Origin: Hormiphora californensis
Taxonomy: Eukaryota; Animalia; Ctenophora
Direction of reading: 5' to 3'
NCBI GenBank assembly: GCA_020137815.1
Contig: CM035357.1
Span: forward strand, 6,944,001 to 7,008,000
Length of the DNA: 64,000 nt
Made by a program: the position numbers and the translations under genes. How positions within the stretch are numbered: position 1 is the stretch's first letter; every line of letters starts with the position of its first letter. A model generated the notes under the pieces. That model ran no database searches. It was given only the letters and a program-made list of their open reading frames with translations, and was not told the DNA's origin. Shown here in pieces: positions 44,838 to 61,259 of this stretch.

Positions 44838-45839
44838 AAGAGAAAACGTGAACATTGCACCCTCCCCGGAATTGTATGAGTCGCTACTTCGTTCTGGGGG
44901 CGAGAGAAGGAGAGACAGCCGAGGGACAAACAGAGACAGGAGGCCAGCTCGACCGGGTAATATTTCAGTGTCACATGGTTTCACCTTTCAGTAGGCTATT
45001 TCTCATTTGCTTCCCCACTACATGTTTTATTGTTATGCTCTTCCTTTACATTTGTGGAGCTTGCGAAAAGAGGGTCGAACTAGGCAAATGTTTTATTTGT
45101 ATATTTCACTTTTGATATTGTTCTCTCTCTAAATCTTGCTATCCTGAAGATAACCCGTTTGCTCCCTGGCCAGGTGGTAACAAAAGACCGTTTAGGGCGG
45201 AACACTGAGATCGCCCCGGATAAATTCACAAAATACACCCTAAATGATACCTAAGATCTCAGATGACAGGTCACATTTACACTTAGGATTATATCTCCTC
45301 CTAGAACATTAGGTATCCTGTGTGTTTACAAGATCTTGTTGTCTCAAGATTCAAGAATCTCCCCTAATATACATGTGTGTTACCAGGCAGAATAAAGCGA
45401 TAGCCCTCAGTTTTCTGAAGCAGTTGAAGGATAACAAGAAAGAGGGTGTTGGAGGAAGTGGAAGTGGAGATGGAGGATGTGATAAGGTGGTTTTTAAGAA
45501 GAAAACTAAACAGGAAGAGAAAAAGGTGATTCTCAATTTTGATTTGATGCTTTTCCCACAAACTTCATTCTGCTTATCCTGCACCCTTGTACATTTGATT
45601 ACCAGTAACTAACCCGTCTCCTTCTTATAAAGGAGGAAGTTCGTCCTAAGTACAGTAAAAATGCCGTAGTCCAACAAGAATACGTCATAGGACAGAGTAG
45701 CAGTGGTGGTGGTGGTCCTCCTAAGAGCTCTACCAGAACTAAAGTTGATGAGCTCAGATCTGGGAAGGGAAAACAGAGGAAAGGAGGGTCAGGATGTTTG
45801 AGCTTTCAGGAGGATGATGAAGAGGAAGAGACAGAATAG
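44838..45839 (+). pseudogene. TSSC4: TSSC4-like (U5 snRNP chaperone) gene, with apparent frameshifts at about 45205 and 45251; 5' end undefined
   Basis: APDKFTKYTLND..ISDDR/QNKAIALSFL resembles the conserved TSSC4 block (P-x-x-W-T-K-Y-S-L-x-D...N-x-x-x-A-L-x-F-L). Acidic C-terminus ...LSFQEDDEEEETE*. Confidence 0.6.
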
Positions 45840-45857
45840 TAGTAATGTGTGGACCGT

Positions 45858-45928
45858 TCACGTGACGTCACATGGTATCACGTGACTCAAATGCTCTGCT
45901 GCCATTGGACGATTGGTTGTCACGTGAC
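45858..45928. promoter_or_regulatory. Cluster of CLEAR-type E-boxes (TCACGTGAC x3) with two inverted CCAAT boxes, upstream of CTNS
   Basis: TCACGTGAC at 45858-45866 and 45878-45886, GTCACGTGAC at 45919-45928, ATTGG at 45904 and 45912; 245-315 bp before the CTNS ATG. Confidence 0.55.
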
Positions 45929-46172
45929 ACGGAAAACAAAAGAAAGGAGGTTCAGGATGTTTGAGCTTTCAGGAGGATGAGGAAGAGATAGAATGATGAT
46001 CATCACAGAGACACACACAAATAACTGATTTATATAATGGACATGATAACTTATTTTACTGGCGGTCTGTTTTTATTCGAATTCACTAACTCCGCGACCA
46101 TGTGTTTGATCACCGTGAGGTAAAGGTGTTGTTTTTAATCTCTCTCTCTCCATCTCCCCGAAATTAGCAAGG

Positions 46173-48495
46173 ATGATATTCCCTCTACTCCTTCTCATCA
46201 GTGTTGGAAGTTGCTCCTTCATAAACACAACTATCATCACTGTCCATTCCTCGACATCATCTCTTGTTCTGGGAGAGAGGGGTTCCTTCAACATTTCATT
46301 GGATAGTGTACCGGGGGTTGAGGTGAAGTTCAACATAACCACCAGTTTTGATGATATTCTAACTCTAGATGACACCACCGCGTCTGTAAGTCTTTTGTTA
46401 AATATATTTCTTAAAATATTTCCAAATTTGATGTTGACGCAGCTATATTATTATGAAATCACAGCTAAATTATTATGAAATCGCAGCTAAATTATTATGA
46501 AATCGCAGCTAAATTATCATGAAATCATTTATTTTCCAACTAGATAATGCCAGATCAAAAGAGTGTCAGTGTTGGTTTTACTGCCAGTGATAAAAGAGGA
46601 GGGACAGTATACATTTCAACAATACTTGTATCACCCCACTTCAATAAAACAATTCCTGGTAGGAAATAAATTCGTAGAAATATTTATATGTTTTGTCAGT
46701 TTGATTCCTATTTTTTCATCATACACCCCTCGGCCCTCCCGTCAGATGTTGATCTTTCTATAATCCACTCCCGACCCCTTCAAACCGTTACTGATGTCTT
46801 GGGATGGTTATGTTTTGCCGTGTGGAGCATATCCTTCTACCCACAGATTATAAAAAACTACTCTCGGAAAAACGTCGTTGGTAAGATTCGTGAACATGTT
46901 TTAAACTCTGTAAGATGATGTAGTTGATAGTGAATGATAAAACTTGCTCGACCCTGTTTCTCGATATGACACCCGATTTACCGGCAAATCATCCCTTTCT
47001 TCCGAGCACCCCGGTAAATCGGGTTCCGACTTTGGTTACAAAGTCACCCCTTTTATTGCATACCTCCGTGAGCAATAACAACAGAGGGGTAATTTCATTA
47101 CCAAGATCCGACTGCAGTATAGCTGATATAATTCAACATTGTAAAATTTTGAGATATAATATAATTCTTTAGGTAGCACTGCTTGTACAACTTATAACAC
47201 CCCCCAGTGATATAAGTTTTCACTTATAACACTCCCCAGTGTTATAAGTTTTCACTTATAACACCCCCCAGTGATACATGAAAACTTATAACACCGCTGC
47301 ACTTCGAACTCCTTACTCCACTGTTTCTGTCACACTTAAAAACCGTTAGAAAGATAAGCATTTACGAACTCCCTCCCTCTCTCGCTTTCTTCTCTCACAC
47401 TGTCAAGCCGTTGCAGCACAGAGATCAAGATAACAGTTACGAACTCCTGGACCCAAACATTCTTTATCTCTCTCAGGCGTTATCTTATCTTATACTAATA
47501 TCTCTGCCTGCTACCTTATCATGAATTCGTTCTATTGTTACGCCCTAAAGTGTCTCTCACTCTTGTTTTAAAAATTTCACAATGCAATTTTATAATGCCT
47601 ATTTTCGTTGTACCTGACGTCAACAATAATGTCCCAGATTCTTACACTTTTAGACCTCGCAGGCTCGGTCAAAAAGTAAAACTACATCACTCGCAGGCTC
47701 GTGAGGTAGTTAGACTTAGTGGCACTCGCAGGCTCGTGCACTAAAGTACAAGAATCTGCCTCGACCTATGGTCTCGGATCATTATTGTTGTACTTATAAC
47801 ACTCGACCTTCGGTCTCGTGTTATAAGTTTTCAGGTACAACTTATAGGCATAATAAAATCCTACAATATGACTCTCATTTCCAGGTCTGAGTTTTGATTT
47901 CCTGGGTTACAATTTACTTGGTTGGATATGTTACTCAGTATTCAACTTCACCCTACTGTGGATCTCTGAGATACGGCACGAGTACTACAAGGTGTACCCA
48001 CATGGTGTGATAAATGTTCAACTGTCAGACTTCTGTTTCTCCTTCCACGCTCTCATCATTACCGGTAATTAATTAATTAATTAAAGGTGATATGATTACT
48101 TAACGGGGGACGGGGGGATAATGAGGTCACCTCATTATCCCCCCGTGATACTTGAGGTAATACTTGAGGTGATACTAATATTCACCAGCGGTGAGCTAGA
48201 TAGTAGCAATATGGTAATTGGTAGGTTGGAGGTGGTAACGTGCTGGTCCCAGAGAGGTGAATGAAATAGGATATATCTGTCTCTGGTACTGTACTGTATA
48301 ACATCATTGTGGCTGCACACATGACACACTGCACTACTGATAGTTTAGAAGGTCTAAACCACGTCACTCTTTCAGCAATAACAATCCTACAATGCCTGTG
48401 CTACGAGAGAGAAGGACAGACACCGAGCCCACTTTGTCGTTTCATTTTGACAGGTTGGTTCGTGTTGATATCTTGTGCAATATCATCGGTAACTA

Positions 48496-48539
<44 letters not shown>

Positions 48540-48658
48540 ACTCTCTCTCTCTTCATCTCTCGTCTCTCTCTCTCTCGCTTCTCTCTCTCACTCTCTCTCT
48601 CACTCTCTCGTCTCTCTCTGTCTCTCTCTCTCCTCTCTCTCTCTCTCTCTTCTCTCTC

Positions 48659-48728
<70 letters not shown>

Positions 48729-49643
48729 ATCTCTCTCTCTCTCTCTCCCTCTCTCTCGCCCCTAGGTTTTGTCACTATAATGTTGATTATGTTGATAGTA
48801 GCGGCAAGTGGTTGTCTCTCATGGCTCCAATATGTAACTATTTTTAGCTGGGTGAAGCTTGCAGTTACACTTTTTAAGGTACAACGAGTTGTTAAATTTG
48901 CTACATTTGTTACAACTATTATTATTGTTATACCCAGATTTGCTCCAACTTGCACCTCCCACAACTACTACCCGACACTGCTTTCTATTCCTAATATTTC
49001 CCCCTCCTCATTGTCGTCCTCTTGTTACTCATTTATCAATCACTCTACTACAATGATAAACTATTTCAGTACTCGCCTCAAGTGTACATGAACTTCCGAA
49101 CAAAAAGCACTGAAGCAGTGTCAATATACCAGTTTCTTATGGACCTGACTGGAGGGACTCTCTCCCTTGTACAGGTACAGCTGATTTACCCTCCTGGAAT
49201 AGAATCGTTCAATATCCTCAATATAACCGCGATTTAGCACTCATATTGTTCAATAATTGATTGAATATTGAGGTCCTTTCTTTCTTTTACCTCTATATAA
49301 TAATTGAGGTTTCCGAGCGATTTATTGTTCAACTATTCCCATGTGTTCAATTGTCCTCGATATATAATCGTGGTATATTGACGTAAAATTGAACATTAAA
49401 TCGGTCAGGGACCTCAATATTCATTCAATTATTAATCAATTAGCCTGCTAGATCGCGTTTATATTGAGTATATTGACCGATTCTCTTCCAGCAGGGTAAG
49501 ATATTATATACTTTCAGGCAGGTCATCCTCCAGACGCACTACGCAGCAATCACAAACAATTAACAAACAAACAAACAAACAAACACTGAACTAACAAGTT
49601 ACGTGTCCACCATTTCCATGGGCAATACTTCATTCCACCCTAA

Positions 49644-49723
<80 letters not shown>

Positions 49724-49927
49724 AAGATGGGTGTTATAGCGTACAATTTCGATGATTGGAAGACGTTTATTGGTGATTTTACCAAGTTTGGTCTGGCCGC
49801 CCTCTCCATTCTGTACGATTGTATCTTCATTGTCCAGCACTACATACTGTACAGGCACACACCCAGGGAACCCCTTCTACCTACTGCTGATGAAACTGAG
49901 CCGATGATTGGGCCCGCTGATTATTAA
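46173..49927 (+). CDS. CTNS: Cystinosin (lysosomal cystine transporter, PQ-loop family); exons approx. 46173-46385, 46544-46658, 46746-46880, 47885-48064, 48376-48453, 48766-48878, 49070-49173, 49727-49927
   Basis: Signal peptide; [89 protein letters not shown]. The exon 3 acceptor is uncertain. Confidence 0.92.
47190..47295. repeat. Tandem repeat of about 32 bp (CTTATAACACCCCCCAGTGATATAAGTTTTCA), with related motifs at 47790-47846
   Basis: Seen directly. Confidence 0.65.
49194..49490. mobile_element. Degenerate foldback MITE in a CTNS intron
   Basis: CTGGAATAGAATCGTTCAATATCCTCAATATAA... pairs with ...TTTATATTGAGTATATTGACCGATTCTCTTCCAG. Confidence 0.65.
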
Positions 49928-50465
49928 CAATCTAGAGATACTGAGATAATGAGAAAGAAAGATTTGTGTGTGTGTAAACTTGATCATTGTTGACCGTAAA
50001 TAAGTTTTATTTTAATTAGAATCATGTTAATGTTCAGTGGATTAACTTTTTTATTTTTTCTTGATTTGAGATATAGATGTTTGTAAAGTTTTCGAATAGT
50101 GAATTCCTAATTCCTTGCGTTTTAGTTGACATTTATTAACAGTATAGACATCATGCGCCTACAATCAATACCACTGTGTCACGAAATTTGGAGGTTAGGA
50201 ACAACTTGCCATGATTTCAAGTCTCCACTGGCCGGCCGCCGGTAGACCGTGGAAAATATTACAAGATTCTTCTTTCTTCGTGCTTTATTTGTCACGCGCG
50301 GGATTAAACTTCTAACAAATTGTAAGTTGTCAGCACTAAATCACGCGCAAAACAAAATTGCGCGACAACCTAAACCGCGCGGCGCGTTGGTTGATACAAA
50401 ACAACAATTAAATTTTCTATTCCTGACTGCGGTTTTTTTAACCGGTCTGTTTTTAATTTGAAACT

Positions 50466-52603
50466 CAACGTTCTGCTTTGGAATGCGCTGCAGCCCCCTC
50501 ATGCGCGCACCCCCGCAACGAGGGAATGCCGCGCGCGCGTTTGGCCTGATCCCGGCTGGGTCGAAGATAACTTTGCGGTCGAAAAAACGGCGGTGCTTAT
50601 AACTTTGGCTCCTGAAGTCCGTTTGACTTGATTCTTTCACCAGTTGTTAGATCTGACGATTATCTACCTTGCTGTTTTTGAGAGAAGTTAATTGGACTTA
50701 AGGAGGCTGAGCAATAGCCGTTGAAAGATGGGTTGTTTTCAAAAAGTGACGTCACAGATTCTTGCAGGGACACCTTTTTTAAAATTTCATTCAAATTTTG
50801 ATTTTACCGCACTCGATTTTGCGGAGTTTGGTTCATATCTCCTGTTCCTGATAAGATAGAGACCTGAAACCGGTTGCATTTGAAAGCTGTTATCTTCCTC
50901 TTTCCAACGCTACCAAAACGATTTCTGTACCTTATCTGGAACCGGAGATATGATTGATTTTGTATTCCCCCCCTAGCGCGGTATTCCCTCCAGGCCCCTT
51001 ATATTATATTATAAGGGGCCTGCAACGTATGCCAACGTTCTGCTTTATTTTCAAATTTCAAAACTGTTTGGCATTTTATTTTGGAATGCGCTGCAGCCCC
51101 CTCATGCGCGCACCCCCGCAACGAGGGGACTGGTACGGTGGCAGATTCCGGCCAACTGTTTTTTTAGTCAAGTGAAATATTTTTGCTTGAAGTTTTATAA
51201 AAATTTTATTTCAAAATAAAAATAAACATGTCCGTTAAAATTATTGGCCGGAATCTGCCACGCGAGTGGCAGATCTCGGCCAAAATTCTAAAAAAACCTT
51301 GGCCAGAATCTGCCAACCACGTGGCAGATTCCGGCCAACAAACTGAAACTTACTTATATCAAAGCGAAAACCGCTGTACCCGACTAATTTTGATACGCTG
51401 AATCACGTAAGCAACTTTTCCAATCCCTCAGAGGTCGGGAAAGTGTCCTAATTGAGCATAATAGGGTCTAATTGACCCCACTTACAACTTTTCACCTGGA
51501 AACGATAGACGCTTATGTGAAGGCACTTTTCCGACTAATTTTGATAAGCTGAATCACGTAAGCTATTTTTCAAAGCCCCCCGAGGTCGGAAAAGTGCCCT
51601 AATTGAGCAATTAAGGCCAATTAGACCTAATTATACTTAATTAAGCCAAATTCCCGACCTCGGAGGGCTTGGAAAAGTTGCTTACGTGATTCAGCGTATC
51701 AAAATTAGTCGGAAAAGTGCCTTCACATAAGCGTCTATCGTTTCCAGGTGAAAAGTTGTAAGTGGGGTCAATTAGACCCTATTATGCTCAATTAGGACAC
51801 TTTCCCGACCTCTGAGGGATTGGAAAAGTTGCTTACGTGATTCAGCGTATCAAAATTAGTCGGGTACAGCGGTTTTCGCCTTGATATTAAGTAAGTTTCA
51901 GTTTGTTGGCCGGAATCTGCCACGTGGTTGGCAGATTCCGGCCAAGGTTTTTTTAGAATCTTGGCCGAGATCTGCCACTCGCGTGGCAGATTCCGGCCAA
52001 TAATGTCAACGACATGTTTATTTTTATTTTGAAATATTTTTTTTATAAAACTTCTAACAAAAATATTTCACTTGATTGAAAAAACTCTTGGCCGGAATCT
52101 GCCACCGTACAGGACGGGCCCGGCTGGGTCGAAGATAACTTTGCGAGCGAAAAAACGGCGGTGCTTATAACTTTGGCCCCTGAAGTCCGTTTGACTTGAT
52201 TCTTTCACTAGCTGTTAGATCTGACAATTATCTACCTTGCTGTTTTTGAGAGAAGTAAATTGGACTTCAGGAGGCTGAGCAATAACCGTTCAAAGATGGG
52301 TTGTTTTCAAAAAGTGACGTCACAGATCCCTGCAGGGACACTTTGTTTCAAATTTCATTCAAATTTTGATTTTACCGCACTCGATTTTGCGGAGTTTGGT
52401 TCATATCTCCTGTTCCTGATAAGATAGAGACCTGAAACCGGTTGCATTTGAAAGCTGTTATCTTCCTCTTTCCAACGCTACCAAAACGATTTCTGTACCT
52501 TATCTGGAACCGGAGATATGATTGATTATGTATTCCCCCCTAGCGCGGTATTCCCTCCAGGCCCCTTATATTATATTATAAGGGGCCTGCAACGTATGCC
52601 AAC
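50466..52603. repeat. Tandem direct repeat of about 580 bp; the second copy is interrupted by a foldback element
   Basis: 50550-51035 repeats at 52118-52603, and 50478-50525 repeats at 51081-51127. Each unit ends in the hairpin CAGGCCCCTTATA...TATAAGGGGCCTG. Confidence 0.85.
51133..52110. mobile_element. Foldback element with subterminal GTGGCAGATTCCGGCCAA repeats
   Basis: GTACGGTGGCAGATTCCGGCC...GGCCGGAATCTGCCACCGTAC; possible TA TSD. Confidence 0.85.
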
Positions 52604-52852
52604 ATTTTATTTGTTGTCTGATCGCAAGAACCTGTTTTAAAACTCAGCAGTGCACTCAGGATCTGTGACTCTAGAGAGTTTTTAGGCAGAGGCTAGGCCC
52701 TAGCCGCTAGGGACGTCGAGAGTGATCCGTAAAAAGGTCAAAAGACGCCCACAACATCTAAGAGGAAGTCCTGCTAAGAAGTGCTATTCATCATCAATAT
52801 TTGCTTTCATTAAGTTTTGCTAAAATAAGGTTTTCCATATCTGTAGAGAGGT

Positions 52853-58292
<5,440 letters not shown>

Positions 58293-58468
58293 GTATACAT
58301 TCTCTCTTCCCAACTTCTCTCTTGACTCTTTCTATCTTTCTGGGGGGGTCGTCATGTTAATGTTAATGTTTCATGAAAATTTTTAAAATGTTAACATTAA
58401 CATTATTAACATTATTAACATTATTAACAAAAAAAGGAAGCTTTTTTAAGTCTTTTTGAAGCTTTTAA

Positions 58469-59772
58469 GGGTACACCTGGCGTTTTTCATCATCGAGTGC
58501 CCAACCAAATGACTTCACCAGGGTTTAGGCCATACAAATTGGACCTCAAATATGCAATTTTAGCCCTAAAGTCGAATTCATATTTTTGCTACAGCCTATT
58601 TTCAAAGTGGCGTTTTTTCAATTTTTGTCAGAATTTTTAACCTCAGGACCAATTTTTTTGAGATAGAAACATTAAATTCTTGGAATTTGAAGAGAATATA
58701 AAGGTGAATAAGCCCAAAGAAGGATTTTTGAAATGGAGCTTATTTCTGGCCATGAGAACGGTTTACTTTTTTGCTTCTTTGACACGCTGGCTGAGAATGT
58801 TCCCATGCTTCATTAGAGATGAAATCTGGAAATAGTTGCTCAAACGATTATCTATGTGGCCCAAAAATTTTGGAACTTTCCCGCCAAAGATGTGGTGTAC
58901 AGAGCTTTTTTTTGTGAAACCTGTCTTTTTGAAAAAGAGGGAAATTCCCTGTATCTCAAAAACGGATGATCGTAGAGACCTGGGACCAAGCTTAATCGAT
59001 TCAGAAGGTCCGATTTTGGGGGGGTCTTCTGAGAGACATTTTGCTCCTACTCCAACCGATTTTGCTGTAATTGCAAAAAACTAATTCTATGAAAAGGGGA
59101 AACAACTCTATTCCAGTAGCCTGCTTCGGGCTGATTTCCCCCTTACTTGCTGATACCTTTTTCGCAATTACAGCAAAATCGGTTGGAGTAGGAGCAAAAT
59201 GTCTCTCAGAAGACCCCCCCCAAAATCGGACCTTCTGAATCGATTAAGCTTGGTCCCAGGTCTCTACGATCATCCGTTTTTGAGATACAGGGAATTTCCC
59301 TCTTTTTTCAAAAAGACAGGTTTCACAAAAAAAGCTCTGTACACCACATCTTTGGCGGGAAAGTTCCAAAATTTTTGGGCCACATAGATAATCGTTTTGA
59401 GCAACTATTTCCAGATTTTCATCTCTAATGAAGCATGGGAACATTCTCAGCCAGCGTGTCAAAGAAGCAAAAAAGTAAACCGTTCTCATGGCCAGAAATA
59501 AGCTCCATTTCAAAAATCCTTCTTTGGGCTTATTCACCTTTATATTCTCTTCAAATTCCAAGAATTTAATGTTTCTATCTCAAAAAAAGTGGTCCTGAGG
59601 TTAAAAATTTCAACAAAAATTGAAAAAACGCCACTTTGAAAATAGGCTGTAGCAAAAATATGAATTCGACTTTAGGGCTAAAATTGCATATTTGAGGTCC
59701 ATTTTGTATGGCCTAAACCCTGGTGAAGTCATTTGGTTGGGCACTCGATGATGAAAAACGCCAGGTGTACCC
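58469..59772. mobile_element. Kolobok-like foldback element (TTAA TSD), related to 41197-42586
   Basis: TTAA-GGGTACACCTGG...CCAGGTGTACCC-TTAA; shares the GATTCAGAAGGTCCGATTTTGGGGGGG module. Confidence 0.88.
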
Positions 59773-59862
59773 TTAATCCCGCTTTAATAGATCATTTGCG
59801 TTATTTTTGACAATATTATACGTACTACCCATCCAATCAACACTGATATATATATATATATA

Positions 59863-59936
59863 CAGTCGGACCCCGATTTAGTGGCACCCCGATTTATTGG
59901 CATGATTTTTTTTGTGAAATTTTTTTGACCCGCCAC
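59863..59936. mobile_element. Truncated Tc1/mariner-type MITE (left end only)
   Basis: (TA)n-CAGTCGGACCCCGATTTAGTGGCACCCCGATT, cut off at the next element. Confidence 0.7.
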
Positions 59937-61254
59937 TAGTGCGGTAGTATGACGAAAATTGTTCGGCATAATCGTTCTAAAGCTAATTCCACTTCTAGGG
60001 TACTCTATAGGGTCCCTAGAAAGAACCCCTGAAGTTGTCGCAAGATCGGCGATGAAGAACTTGCCTTAATTGGGCCTAATTGGTTACAGGGTGCTTTCTG
60101 CCTGAAGCCAAAACCATAAGTACCCTTAAAATAGGAGTAGAGACAAAACCGAGGGCATGAAAGTGATCAGCGTCCTCGCATTAGTGGGGGTAGGTTCTGG
60201 AATTAAGTCTCTATCTCATCTGGTTAATTAGATAATTGGATAATAAGCTCTTCGCATAGCCGTTTTTGGCCATATGGCTATAGCCATGTTAGGAAAAGAT
60301 TAGAGACAAAACCGAGGGCACTAAAGTGGTCAGCGTCCTCGCATTAGTGGGGGTAGGTGCTGGAATTAAGTCTCTATCTCATTTGGTTAATTAGTTAATT
60401 GGATAATTAGATCTGCACATAGCCGTTTTCGGCCATATGGCTATAGCCATTTAGGAATGGTTTAGAGACATTTCACTGGTGCCATCTTGTAGACAATGGC
60501 CAAGTTATGGGGGGTCGACGTCGGACTTTTAAGCTCTATCTCCAACCGTTTAGCCGTTATTTGTCTTTAAAGGTGCTCAAAATGAGCAAAAAACGGTAAA
60601 AAGCCCGATTTTGAGCACCTTAAAAACCAAATAACGGCTAAACGGTTGGAGATAGAGGTTAAAAGTCCGACGTCGACCCCCCATAACTTGGCCATTGTCT
60701 ACAAGATGGCACCAGTGAAATGTCTCTAAACCATTCCTAAGTGGCTATAGCCATATGGCCGAAAACGGCTATGTGCAGATCTAATTATCCAATTAACTAA
60801 TTAACCAAATGAGATAGAGACTTAATTCCAGCACCTACCCCCACTAATGCGAGGACGCTGACCACTTTAGTGCCCTCGGTTTTGTCTCTAATCTTTTCCT
60901 AACATGGCTATAGCCATATGGCCAAAAACGGCTATGCGAAGAGCTTATTATCCAATTATCTAATTAACCAGATGAGATAGAGACTTAATTCCAGCACCTA
61001 CCCCCACTAATGCGAGGACGCTGATCACTTTCGTGCCCTCGGTTTTGTCTCTACTCCTATTTTAAGGGTACTTATGGTTTTGGCTTCAGGCAGAAAGCAC
61101 CCTGTAACCAATTAGGCCCAATTAAGGCAAGTTCTTCATCGCCGATCTTGCGACAACTTCAGGGGTTCTTTCTAGGGACCCTATAGAGTACCCTAGAAGT
61201 GGAATTAGCTTTAGAACGATTATGCCGAACAATTTTCGTCATATTACCGCACTA
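59937..61254. mobile_element. 1.3-kb foldback element with TAG...CTA ends
   Basis: TAGTGCGGTA...TACCGCACTA; near-perfect palindrome centred at about 60595; no clear TSD. Confidence 0.85.
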
Positions 61255-61259
61255 TTTAT

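Noticed and set aside
43785-44879. Long ORFs on both strands (up to 350 aa)
   Set aside because: Translations of a 30-bp minisatellite that is stop-free in several frames; no protein motifs.
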